Shown: positions 22,263 to 31,904, counted from the first letter of the stretch. The stretch is DNA of 64,000 nt from an uncultured Actinomycetota bacterium (GCA_963762535.1 CAVXKX010000006.1:66638-130637); one strand, 5' to 3'. The notes: generated by a model from the letters alone, not told the origin. Numbers and translations: made by a program.

Positions 22263-22383
22263 TCCGTCGAGGCCTATGGGCGTGACCTCGTACTATTGCC
22301 TAAAGTTACTCCCACGGACGGCTTTTGTTCATCTATTGATTAAATATCCGCTCGATGTGTCTCAGGGAATACTTATTTCTGAG

Positions 22384-23877
22384 TCAGCAGACCGCCTGCC
22401 ATGCCGTACGCCGCGGGGCATCCGGATCATCGACGATGGCGTCCCGAAGGGACCGAAAGACCAGTGTTTGCCGGCGTTCGGTGCCATACCGCGGCCAGTC
22501 ATTCGACCACCGCCGGTCGTTCTCCGCCGAGCCGGCGAACTCCAGCCAGATCCGCTGCATCCGGCGTCCGACCGCAGGCGCCCGCCACGTTCCCAGCGGG
22601 TGTAGCCGCCGACCCAGCTGCGACCCGTAGGTATGCAGGATGTGGACTATCTCGCTGCCGTGCACCGCGCCCAGCCCGGTGATCCGCAGCGTGGTGGGCG
22701 TGTGGTCGAACCGGTAGACATAGGTCGGCGCATGCGCGCTGTAGGCGTCGGCGAACGCCCATGTCGGCGCACCGAACATCGCGTCGGCGCCGATCATCTC
22801 CAACGCGCGGCGGCGCGGATAACCCGGGTAAGCCGCAAGCACTCGCGCCCTGATCTCCGGCCCGAACTGATCGAAGTAGCTATCGACGGTCTCCGGTGTC
22901 GTCGGCAGCATCGGGGGCCTGTCACGGGCGAACAGCGACGCCTCCCGCCGATTGGTACCGAGGATCAACGGGATGCGAGCCGTCGCGCCTATCCGCGCCG
23001 CCTCGATCGGGTGCCGCGGCAGCAGGTCGACACCGTAGGTCAACCCGTGTGCGAGAGTCGGCGAGGAAGCCACACTCGCGAGCTGCAGTTGCCCTGCTGC
23101 GCGGCGTAACTCACGCGCACCTAGCCCCTTCAGCTCCCCCGCCTGGACCTCGAGCTGCGCAAGGAACCGCTGCGCCTGCTCGGCCCGGGCTTCGCGATCG
23201 GCGATCAGCGGCAGCGCGGGGCTCTGCGCGATCGCCCGAGCGAAGAGCCCATCGGCGGCCGGGCTGGCCAGCAGCGCCAATACCGAAGTGGCACCGGCAG
23301 ATTCACCGAAAACGGTCACCCGGCCCGCATCGCCGCCGAATGCCGCGATGTTGTCGCGCACCCAGGTCAACGCGGCGATCTGGTCGCGCAGGCACAGATT
23401 GTCGTCGAAGCCGTCGCCAAGATGGCCGAGGTCGAATCCGCCGAAAACCCCGACCCGATAGGTGACATTGACGACGACGACATCACCGTTGGCGGCCAGC
23501 CGCGAACCGTCGTAGAGCCGTAATTGCCCGGCCCCGTTGAGGAATGCCCCACCGGGGATCCACACCATCACCGGCAGCGACCCGGACGGGTTCGGCGACC
23601 AGACCGTCACCGTCAAGCAGGCTTCGTCGCGAATCTTCGGGTCGTTTCGGTCCCCGGAAACAATCGAGCGGCTCTGCGGTGGCAGCGGGCCGTGCTCGAT
23701 GGCGTCACGCACACCCGTCCAGGGCGACAACGGAGCCGGCGCGGCGAACCGACGCTCGCCAACCGGTTGCTGTGCGTAGGGCACCCCACGCCACACCGCG
23801 ACGCCGCCTTCGACCGCGCCCCGGAGATCGCCGAGCGCCGTGCGTGCGATCGGTGGAACTTCGGCAACCGCGGGCAC
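22384..23877 (-). CDS. Type-B carboxylesterase (alpha/beta hydrolase, LipT/PnbA-like)
   Basis: WRGVPYA, EACLTVTVW, VMVWIPGGAF, FGESAGA (nucleophile Ser), GTNRRE and GAVHGSEI. Confidence 0.93.
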   Translation of the reverse strand: MPAVAEVPPIARTALGDLRGAVEGGVAVWRGVPYAQQPVGERRFAAPAPLSPWTGVRDAIEHGPLPPQSRSIVSGDRNDPKIRDEACLTVTVWSPNPSGSLPVMVWIPGGAFLNGAGQLRLYDGSRLAANGDVVVVNVTYRVGVFGGFDLGHLGDGFDDNLCLRDQIAALTWVRDNIAAFGGDAGRVTVFGESAGATSVLALLASPAADGLFARAIAQSPALPLIADREARAEQAQRFLAQLEVQAGELKGLGARELRRAAGQLQLASVASSPTLAHGLTYGVDLLPRHPIEAARIGATARIPLILGTNRREASLFARDRPPMLPTTPETVDSYFDQFGPEIRARVLAAYPGYPRRRALEMIGADAMFGAPTWAFADAYSAHAPTYVYRFDHTPTTLRITGLGAVHGSEIVHILHTYGSQLGRRLHPLGTWRAPAVGRRMQRIWLEFAGSAENDRRWSNDWPRYGTERRQTLVFRSLRDAIVDDPDAPRRTAWQAVC

Positions 23878-23961
23878 GCCTGAATCGTAGTGTGCAAAGC
23901 TGATCTGGCCGGGCGAAGATTTCCTGACAGCTATGCCATAAAAGCCGCAACGGAGAATGCG

Positions 23962-24846
23962 ATGACCTTCAACGAGGGTATGCAGATCGACACCAGCACC
24001 ACGGCGTCGTCCGGAGGTGGTGGAGGGCGGGGAATCGCGATCGGCGGTGGGCTCGGCGGGCTGTTGTTCCTCGTGGTCGCACTGTTACTCGGGGTCGACC
24101 CCGGCAAAGTGGCCACCCAGCTGCCAGCGCCGAGCGCCAGCCAGGACGTCGCACCCGGGTTCGATCTGAGCAAGTGCAAGACCGGGGCCGACGCCAACCA
24201 GTACGTGCAGTGCCGGGTGGTCGCCACTGGCAACTCCGTCGATGCGGTGTGGAAGCAGCTGATGCACGGCTACACCCGTCCCCGCGTCCGGCTGTTCAGC
24301 GGTCATGTCAATACAGGTTGCGGCGCGGCCAGCACCGAGGTGGGTCCGTTCTACTGCCCGGTGGACAAGACCGCCTACTTCGACACCGGCTTCTTCGACG
24401 TGCTGCGCACCCAATTCGGTTCAAGCGGTGGGCCATTGGCGCAGGAGTACGTGGTGGCTCACGAGTTCGGGCATCATGTGCAGGATCTGCAGGGTTCGCT
24501 CGGCCGCGCCCAGCAGGGCGCGCAAGGCGCCGGCGGCAACGGCGTGCGCACCGAGTTACAGGCCGACTGCTACGCCGGAGTGTGGGCTCACTATGCCTCC
24601 ACGACCAAGCAGGAGGGGACCGGCGTGCCGTTCCTGGAACCGTTGAGCGACAAAGACATTGCCGATGCGTTGTCGGCGGCGTCGTCGGTCGGCGACGACC
24701 GCATCCAGAAGGCTTCCACCGGCCGCGTCAATCCCGAGTCCTGGACGCACGGCTCCTCGGAGCAGCGTCAGCACTGGTTCACCGTCGGCTACCAGACCGG
24801 CGACCCCAACCAGTGCGACACCTACCATGCGCCGGATCTGAATTAG
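23962..24846 (+). CDS. Predicted neutral zinc metallopeptidase (YpfJ/KPN_02809 family), Rv2575 ortholog
   Basis: MTFNEGMQIDTS, GPFYCP.D, VVAHEFGHHVQ (HExxH), ELQADCYAG and SWTHGSSEQR. Confidence 0.92.
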   Translation: MTFNEGMQIDTSTTASSGGGGGRGIAIGGGLGGLLFLVVALLLGVDPGKVATQLPAPSASQDVAPGFDLSKCKTGADANQYVQCRVVATGNSVDAVWKQLMHGYTRPRVRLFSGHVNTGCGAASTEVGPFYCPVDKTAYFDTGFFDVLRTQFGSSGGPLAQEYVVAHEFGHHVQDLQGSLGRAQQGAQGAGGNGVRTELQADCYAGVWAHYASTTKQEGTGVPFLEPLSDKDIADALSAASSVGDDRIQKASTGRVNPESWTHGSSEQRQHWFTVGYQTGDPNQCDTYHAPDLN

Positions 24847-24847
24847 C

Positions 24848-25861
24848 TCAAAACAGCGTCGGCTGGACCGTCTCGGCGACGTCCTGCGACCTACGCGCGT
24901 CACGGCGGCGATGATCGCCGGCCAACCCGTATCTGGCGATCAGCGGTGCCGCTTTGGCCCGTAGCTCGTCCCGATATGACGGCGGCAAATACGCTCCGCG
25001 GCGGTACAATTGGCGATACCGCCCGACCAGCTCGGGGTGGGTCTGCGACAGCCACGACATGAACCAGCCGCGGGTCGATCCGCGCAAGTGCAGCCCGAAG
25101 ACCGTGACACCGTTGGCCCCGGCCGCCGCGATTTCGCGCAGCAGGGCGTCGAGATGCTCGACGGTATCCGTGAGATAGGGCAGCACCGGCGCCACCATCA
25201 CGTGGCAGTCCAAACCGGCCTCACGGATCGCGGCGATCAAGCTCAGCCGCGCCTGCGGGCTCGGCGTGCCGGGCTCCACCTGCTGGTGCAGTTCAGCGTC
25301 GCCGACGGCAAGCGACACCGACACGCCCACCGGCACCTGCTCTGCGGCTTCGGCGATCAGCGGCAGATCCCGGCGCAGCAAGGTCCCTTTGGTCAGGATC
25401 GACAGTGGAGTACCCGATCCCGCGAGCGCGCCGATGATGCCCGGCATCAGCACGTAGCGGCCCTCGGCGCGTTGATAGGGATCGGTGTTGGTGCCCAGTG
25501 CGACGGTCTCGTGACACCAGGACCGCCGGCTCAACTCGCGGCGCAGCACATCGACAACATTGGTTTTGACGACCACCTGAGTGTCGAAGTCCTTGCCGCA
25601 GTTGAACTCCAGATACTCGTGTGTTGGCCGGGCGAAGCAGTACCGGCAGGCGTGCGAGCAACCGCGATAGCCGTTGACGGTGTATTGAAATGGTAGGCGA
25701 GCGCCACCGTGCGGAACTTTGTTCAACGCCGACTTGCACAACACCTCGTGGAACGTGATCCCGTCGAACTGCGGCGTGCGCACACTGCGGATGAAAGCCA
25801 TGCGTTCCAGCCCGGGCAGCGCGCCGTCGTTCACCCGGACGCCTTGGCCGTCCCATCGCAT
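24848..25861 (-). CDS. Rv2578c-family radical SAM protein (SplB-like)
   Basis: CxxxCxxC motif GCSHACRYCFAR and GTNTDPYQRAEGRY. The start MRWDGQG lies just downstream of a LexA box. Confidence 0.93.
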   Translation of the reverse strand: MRWDGQGVRVNDGALPGLERMAFIRSVRTPQFDGITFHEVLCKSALNKVPHGGARLPFQYTVNGYRGCSHACRYCFARPTHEYLEFNCGKDFDTQVVVKTNVVDVLRRELSRRSWCHETVALGTNTDPYQRAEGRYVLMPGIIGALAGSGTPLSILTKGTLLRRDLPLIAEAAEQVPVGVSVSLAVGDAELHQQVEPGTPSPQARLSLIAAIREAGLDCHVMVAPVLPYLTDTVEHLDALLREIAAAGANGVTVFGLHLRGSTRGWFMSWLSQTHPELVGRYRQLYRRGAYLPPSYRDELRAKAAPLIARYGLAGDHRRRDARRSQDVAETVQPTLF

Positions 25862-25868
25862 ACCATAT

Positions 25869-25884
25869 TCGAACGCGTGTTCGA
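25869..25884. promoter_or_regulatory. LexA (SOS) box
   Basis: TCGAAC-GCGT-GTTCGA is a perfect match to the mycobacterial TCGAAC-N4-GTTCGA consensus, 7 bp upstream of the radical SAM ATG. Confidence 0.9.
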
Positions 25885-25984
25885 TGCGCTTGTCAACTCC
25901 CGCAAAAGCTGAGGAATTGCCGTCACCCTGTGGCTCGCGCCAATACGCCTGCGACGAGCGGGTTGTCATTTAAGGTGGATCATC

Positions 25985-27007
25985 GTGACGTCTGATACTG
26001 ACGGCCCAAAAGACAACAAAAATCTGAAGTGGGCTATGGGTGGGGTGGCCGCGGTTGCCGTATTGGCAACAATCGTCGCGGCCGTATTGCTATTCGGCGA
26101 CGGCGGTTCCGGGGGACCGGCGGGTGGGTCCGACAACGGGCCGGGTCAGGAGACTGCGGCCGTAGCCAGTGCGAGAGACACCGGGCCGGTGGCAGTGATC
26201 ACCGATGATCCGAGCTGCACGGCGTGGACGTCGATCAACAACGAATTGGCCAACAGCGGCCAGGGGCTGTGGAACGACCGCGACCGGTCCGTACCGGCAT
26301 CGGCGTGGACGCCGAAGCAGCGTGCGCAATTCGTCGCGGCCGGACAGTCGATCCGCACCGCGGCCGCGCAAGCGGTCGGTCTGGTCAAGCTGACACCGCA
26401 CCGCGTCATGCGCGAGCTCTACCAGCAGTTCATCGCGTACGCGCGCGCGTACACCGAGCGGATCCCGAAATACACGCCGGCAGACAACAATCTGGCCGGC
26501 GCAGCCAACAGTGCCTCCTCGGCGCTGGGATCGATATGCGCGGCCATCGGCGACGGTTCGGCCGCCGCGCGGGGCCCGCTGGTGACGCCGTCGGCACCGC
26601 CCTCCGACATCGCCCCGGTGGGCAACCTGGCCAGCCCCCAACCCTTCCTCACGACAGACAACAGCGTCTGCCCGCAATGGAAGTCCGCACTCGACCAGTT
26701 CGGCCAGCAGACCGCTCAATGGCAGCAACTGGATCCCAACGTCCCGTCGATCTACTGGAACAAAGAGCAGAAAGCGGTGAACTATGCGGTGGGACCGGTG
26801 ATGAACGCGTTCGCCGGCAAACTGGAACAACTTGGCCGGCAAAGTGATAACGCCATCTGGCAGGACATCGCCAACCTGTCGGCCCAGTACCGCCGGGCGT
26901 TTGTCACCGCGCTCCCGACGTACGCGGCGACCGACAACCATCTGGCCAACGCGGCCAACTTCGCGTCGACCATGATCCTCGGTGGTTGCGCGGCAGTCGC
27001 GGAGTAG
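25985..27007 (+). CDS. Membrane-anchored exported protein with two Cys-flanked helical repeats
   Basis: Single TM (WAMGGVAAVAVLATIVAAVLLFG). Repeats D.SC..W...W...Q...Y.RAY...IP.Y...DN.LA.AAN.....C at about aa 75-185 and 225-335. Confidence 0.8.
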   Translation: MTSDTDGPKDNKNLKWAMGGVAAVAVLATIVAAVLLFGDGGSGGPAGGSDNGPGQETAAVASARDTGPVAVITDDPSCTAWTSINNELANSGQGLWNDRDRSVPASAWTPKQRAQFVAAGQSIRTAAAQAVGLVKLTPHRVMRELYQQFIAYARAYTERIPKYTPADNNLAGAANSASSALGSICAAIGDGSAAARGPLVTPSAPPSDIAPVGNLASPQPFLTTDNSVCPQWKSALDQFGQQTAQWQQLDPNVPSIYWNKEQKAVNYAVGPVMNAFAGKLEQLGRQSDNAIWQDIANLSAQYRRAFVTALPTYAATDNHLANAANFASTMILGGCAAVAE

Positions 27008-27077
27008 GCGTCTGGCCGTGTCGCGCATGCGCAAGAGGATTAACGTCGTCGGCAACACCTATCGAATGCGCCCAAAG

Positions 27078-27115
27078 CAAAACACACCGGGCATCGCGAT
27101 GCCCGGTGTGTTTTG
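27078..27115. terminator. Perfect 38-bp palindrome, likely a bidirectional intrinsic terminator
   Basis: CAAAACACACCGGGCATCGCGATGCCCGGTGTGTTTTG lies between convergent genes, with a T-tract on both strands. Confidence 0.8.
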
Positions 27116-27139
27116 ACGCCCTTTAAAGAGGGGAAAGCG

Positions 27140-27424
27140 TCAGGCCCAGCTGCCGCCGACGGCGGAGTCGGTGCTGTTCATGTTGTTGCCGGCGGTCTGC
27201 ACCTTCTGGCCGTGGCTGTTGGCCTGCTCGTAGATGACCTGGAAGTTGCGACCCAACTGGGTGATGAACTCCTGGCAGGCCACCGAACCCGAGCCGCCCC
27301 AGAAGTCACCGGCAGCCAGCACATCGCGCACGATGGACTGGTGCTCGGACTCCAGGGAAGCGGCCTGGGCGCGGATCAACGCGCCGTGGGCATCGACATC
27401 ACCGAACTGGTAACTGATCGACAT
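27140..27424 (-). CDS. WXG100 protein, EsxN/Mtb9.9 subfamily (ESX-5 type)
   Basis: MSISYQFGDVDAHGALIRAQAASLE...DFWGG.GSVACQEFITQLGRNFQVIYEQAN.HGQKVQ. Confidence 0.95.
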   Translation of the reverse strand: MSISYQFGDVDAHGALIRAQAASLESEHQSIVRDVLAAGDFWGGSGSVACQEFITQLGRNFQVIYEQANSHGQKVQTAGNNMNSTDSAVGGSWA

Positions 27425-27455
27425 GAGTGTTCTCCTAAAAGTGTTCGGTGATCGG

Positions 27456-27752
27456 CTAGCTGGACAGGATCTGCTGAGAGGCCTGCTCTTGGCTCTCGTA
27501 GTTGTTGGCGTCGCGGATCAGCCCGTCGCGCACCCCGTGCAGCATGTTCACGATGTTGCGGAACGCGGTGTTCATCTGACCCATGGTGTCGTGCGACGTC
27601 ATCTGAGCCGTACCACTCCAGCCGGCCCCGGCAATGTTTTGGCTCGACGCCCACATCTTGCGGGCCTCATCCTCAACAGTCTGCGCGTGCACATCGAAAC
27701 GGCCCGCCATCGCCCGCATCTCGTGCGGGTCAGTCATAAAGCGTGTAGGCAT
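27456..27752 (-). CDS. WXG100 protein, EsxM/J (QILSS) subfamily
   Basis: [47 protein letters not shown] (YxxxE), and a C-terminal QILSS. Confidence 0.95.
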   Translation of the reverse strand: MPTRFMTDPHEMRAMAGRFDVHAQTVEDEARKMWASSQNIAGAGWSGTAQMTSHDTMGQMNTAFRNIVNMLHGVRDGLIRDANNYESQEQASQQILSS

Positions 27753-27821
27753 CTCTATCTCCTTATCTACCTGTCATGTCTTTGGGTTAATGCGTCCTGC
27801 AGCAAAGGCATCCCCCACTTC

Positions 27822-29082
27822 TCATCCGCCGGCCGGCGTGCGAGTCTCAACTTTCACGGACGCCGTCTTGGCGGCCTGCGTGCCCATGCCGCGCCCATTC
27901 ATCGCGCCCATGAGGGCTTGGGTGTACGGGCTGGTCGGCAAATTCGCAGATGTGATGGGGAGACGCGATGCTGTTGGCAGGCAATACCGGCGCGGCGCGA
28001 ACCATTTCCGGAGCGGCCTGCGCCCAGCCGTTCGGGACCGACATGCCGCCCAGTCTCCCGGCGCCGGCGAGTTGGGCGGAGATCTGCGATCCGAATCCGC
28101 GCATTTGGCCGGAGATGCTGGCCAGCAAGGCTTTCAGCTTGCCGTCGACCAGCGACTGGACGTCGGCGAGCATGGCCTGCTGGCCCGCCTGCATCGCCTG
28201 GCTGGCGCCCATCGAGTTGCCCAGGCTGATCAGCATCTTGGCGGGCATGCTGGCCAGCATGGTCGCGTAGTAGGCGCCCTGGACGGGGAGCAGTGTTCCG
28301 GCAGTCGAGGTAACCGCATTCGTTGCGGCGGCCGTACTGGCTCCCGAGGTAGCGGCACCTGCCTGTGCGCCCGTACTCGCACCCGTCAGGTTGGTCACGG
28401 CCGATGAAAGCGCGGACGACACGCCGTTGGCAGAGGAGCCTGCGGTGGTGTTTCCACTCAGCAGCCCCTGTATTGCCGAGGTCAAGTTGTTCACGGTGTT
28501 GGTGACGGAGTTTTCGATCGACTGCACGGCCGCGGCCAGATCCGACGACAGGCCGCCGTCGCTGGTCGACGGCGCCGGGGTCTGCTGTGGCAATACGACG
28601 GCCTGCTGCGAGGTCGTCGCGTAGGTGTCCATCGTCAGGCCGTCCTGGAACCACATCTCCATGTAGTGCGCTTCGGTCGCCATGATCGCCGGGGTGTTCT
28701 GCCCGAGGAAATTGGTCGCAACCAGCGCAGCCAGCAGCGCCCGGTTGGCCGCGATCACCGCCGGCGGAACCGTCGACGCGAAGGCGCCCTCGTACGCCGC
28801 GGCGGCAAACTGTGCCTGAGCCGAAGTCTGGGCGGCCTGGCCCGCGGTGGTCGCCAGCCAGTCGACGTAGGGAGCCGTCGCCGCGGCCATCCGCTCCGAA
28901 GACGGGCCTAGCCACGTCGACCCGGTCAGCTGCGTGAGCACCGCCTGGTATGCCGCGGCGGTTGATTCGAGATCGGCAGCCAGCTCGCTCCACGCCGAGG
29001 CGGCGGCCATCAACGGACCCGACCCCGCGCCGCTGTACATCAAGCTGGAGTTGATCTCCGGCGGAAAAATCATGAAACTCAT
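27822..29082 (-). CDS. PPE family protein (PPE-SVP type); frameshift near 27960
   Basis: [43 protein letters not shown] and GGMSVPNGW. The alternative frame ends ...[14 protein letters not shown] at 27822. Confidence 0.92.
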
Positions 29083-29097
29083 CGACCCAGGCCCCCC

Positions 29098-29397
29098 TTA
29101 GTCGGCAGCAGCTGCATTCAAGGCTTCTGTCAGCGCGTACGCACCCGCCCCGGAACGCAACGCGGCTACTACTTGCTCGTGCACCACCGCTGCTTGGGCA
29201 GCGATCTGCTGATAGGCGGCGCCTTGCTTACCGAATTGCGCCGCCGTCGTCGCCGAGACAATATCCGAAGCGGCCGGTGCCAGGCCGGTAGTTGGCGTCG
29301 CCGCAGCGGCGTTTCGTGCCGCCATCGCATCACCGAGACTCGCGAGGTTGCCCGCGGCCCCGGACAGATCCTCCGGTTGCGCAGTTACGAACGACAC
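29098..29397 (-). CDS. PE family protein (PE domain only)
   Basis: MSFVTAQPEDL..AAGNL...PTTGLAPAASD.VS, with the C-terminal YALTE (YxxxE) secretion signal. Confidence 0.93.
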   Translation of the reverse strand: MSFVTAQPEDLSGAAGNLASLGDAMAARNAAAATPTTGLAPAASDIVSATTAAQFGKQGAAYQQIAAQAAVVHEQVVAALRSGAGAYALTEALNAAAAD

Positions 29398-29446
29398 CGA
29401 CCCTCCTTCAAACAGGCGTCAGACCTCGCGTTGGCCACCAGGATGA

Positions 29447-29461
29447 GTTAATGCAATTAAC
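29447..29461. promoter_or_regulatory. Inverted repeat upstream of the PE-PPE-esx cassette (candidate operator)
   Basis: GTTAAT-GCA-ATTAAC sits 50 bp upstream of the PE start in an AT-rich stretch. Confidence 0.4.
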
Positions 29462-30314
29462 TGATCGCAAAGAGCGCATCTTCGAGGTCTGACTGTTGCG
29501 CAATCTTAAATCACAGAAGTGCATCGTGTGCTGAGAAAAACCAAAGAGACATTGCAGCGATGACAATTTTTTGGCCGCTCATACAGCAAGTTCCCAGGTA
29601 GGCCGGGCGCACAGGAAAACGGCCCCGCCGAGGGGTCGTTATTGGGCGTGTGTCAGTAGCTTTCCGTCCCGCAAAACGCACCGGCCCGAGGCGGCACCGG
29701 GGCGGCGTGAACGACCGACCCGGATGCGGGCCGGCAAAGCAAGCAGCCCCACCCAGCTAACCCTCGGTTGCCCATCCTCGGCCGTAAACGTTTCGCTGTC
29801 TTGGCAATTCGGAGATCCGCGTAGCACCGCCGGTCCCCGTGAAGATCGTTCGCAGGCCCGGCACGGTCGCTGCGCGGCCCGCCCACCTGGCGCGCGTCGG
29901 GGGCCACCTCGGACCGCGGCGCGATCGGGCACACGACATCGGCGCGCCGGGCCGGATACCCGCGCGGTAAAAGCGCGTCGACCATTGTGCGGTTGCCGAT
30001 GATTGTGCACAGATCCTTCCTTATTGTTCGGTCGCCGGCCGACATGATCGAAATCTCGGGGACATCACCAAAGCTGAGAAAATGCTGAAAAAAATCGCTT
30101 TTTGCGAACGCTTTCAACGTGCTGCCGATCGTCGACCCGATCGGGACCGCGGAGCCCGATGATGTGACTGCCGACGAACGAGCCGCAGTTTTGTCGGAAG
30201 ATCGTTCGACCAGACTCCAACGTGTCACATTCGGCATGGCGTGCGACGACCTCGCGATGACAGCACCGCATGTCACCGCGACCGGCGCGCAGGGCGGACC
30301 GGTAAGAAAGAAGC

Positions 30315-31904
30315 ATGGCCGAAGAGTCATCGCCGACAAGCAACGCCGGCCCGGCGCCCGGCATCAGCCGCCGGACGCTGCTGACCACCGGTGCGGCGAC
30401 GACGATCGTCGGCGCGGGCCTGGGCGCCGGCGCTGTGGCGCTCTTCGGGTCGCCCGGCCGCGGGCCCAGCCTGTGGACCCGACCCGATCGCAGCGGCGCG
30501 CAACCGGTGGGTGGGCTGCATCTGCAATTCGGCCGCGACGCTTCCTCCGAGGTCGTCGTCTCATGGCACACCACTGATCCGGTGAGCAATCCGCGAGTCA
30601 TGGCGGGTCCATCGACCGCCGGTTTCGGCCGCACCGTGCCGGCCGAAACGCGCACCTACCGGGACGCGAAATCGGGAACCGAAGTCCGGGTTCAGCACGC
30701 CAGGCTCGACCGTCTCACGCCGGACACCGACTACGTCTACGCCGCGGTGCACGACGGCACCAACCCCGAGCTCGGGACCGTCCGGACCGCGCCCTCGGGC
30801 CGGAGCCCGTTGTGCTTCACCAGCTTTGGCGACCAGGCGACGCCGACATTGGGCCGGCTGACCAACAAGAGCTACGGCAGCGACAACTTAGGATCGCCGG
30901 CGGCAGGAGACATCACCACCGCGATCGAAAAGATCGGGCCGCTGTTCAATCTGGTCAACGGCGACCTGTGTTACGCCAATCTGGCCCATGACCGCATCCG
31001 TACCTGGTCGGATTGGTTCGACAACAACACGCGCTCCGCGCGCTACCGACCATGGATGCCGGCCGCGGGCAATCACGAGAACGAATTGGGCAACGGCCCA
31101 ATCGGTTTTCAGGCCTATCAGACCTACTTCGCCCTGCCCGACTCCGGGTCCGACGGCGAGCTACGCGGACTGTGGTACTCGTTCACTGCCGGCTCGGTGC
31201 GGATCATCAGCCTCAACAACGACGACATCTGCTTGCAGGACGGCGGCAATTCTTACGTTCACGGATACTCTGGTGGCGCCCAAAAGCGTTGGCTGGAACG
31301 CGAACTCGCGGACGCGCGGGCCGACAAGCGGGTGGACTGGGTGGTTGTGTGTATGCACCAGACCGCGATTTCCACGGCCGATCACACCAACGGAGCCGAC
31401 CTGGGCATCCGCCGGGAATGGCTACCGCTTTTCGACCGCTACCAGGTCGATCTGGTGGTGTGCGGTCACGAGCATCACTACGAGCGCTCCCACCCGTTGC
31501 GCGGTGCGCAGGACACCGAAACCAGGACGCCGATCCCGGTGGCAGACCACGGCGAGGTCATCGACACGACCAAAGGGACCGTGCATCTGGTCATCGGTGG
31601 TGGTGGCACATCCGCACCATCGAACAGCTTGTTTTTTCCCGAGCCTCGATGCCGGGTGGTGACCGGCATCGGTGCCGCAACCGACGCGATCGGACGCAAA
31701 GCCTCCATATTCGTGGTGGAGGACGCGCCGTGGTCGGCGTTCAGAGACAGCCGGCATCCGTACGGCTTCGTCGCGTTCGATGTCGATCCCGGGCGCCCGG
31801 GCGGCAACACCTCGATCACGGCGACCCACTACGCCGTCAACGGGCCTTACGGCGCGATCGGCGTGGTCGAGCAGTTCACGCTGACGCGGCCTCGCGGCGG
31901 CTGA
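30315..31904 (+). CDS. Purple acid phosphatase-like metallophosphoesterase with Tat signal, Rv2577 ortholog
   Basis: SRRTLL twin-arginine motif. Metal motifs FGDQ, GDLCY, GNHE, MH and GHEH. Confidence 0.92.
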   Translation: MAEESSPTSNAGPAPGISRRTLLTTGAATTIVGAGLGAGAVALFGSPGRGPSLWTRPDRSGAQPVGGLHLQFGRDASSEVVVSWHTTDPVSNPRVMAGPSTAGFGRTVPAETRTYRDAKSGTEVRVQHARLDRLTPDTDYVYAAVHDGTNPELGTVRTAPSGRSPLCFTSFGDQATPTLGRLTNKSYGSDNLGSPAAGDITTAIEKIGPLFNLVNGDLCYANLAHDRIRTWSDWFDNNTRSARYRPWMPAAGNHENELGNGPIGFQAYQTYFALPDSGSDGELRGLWYSFTAGSVRIISLNNDDICLQDGGNSYVHGYSGGAQKRWLERELADARADKRVDWVVVCMHQTAISTADHTNGADLGIRREWLPLFDRYQVDLVVCGHEHHYERSHPLRGAQDTETRTPIPVADHGEVIDTTKGTVHLVIGGGGTSAPSNSLFFPEPRCRVVTGIGAATDAIGRKASIFVVEDAPWSAFRDSRHPYGFVAFDVDPGRPGGNTSITATHYAVNGPYGAIGVVEQFTLTRPRGG

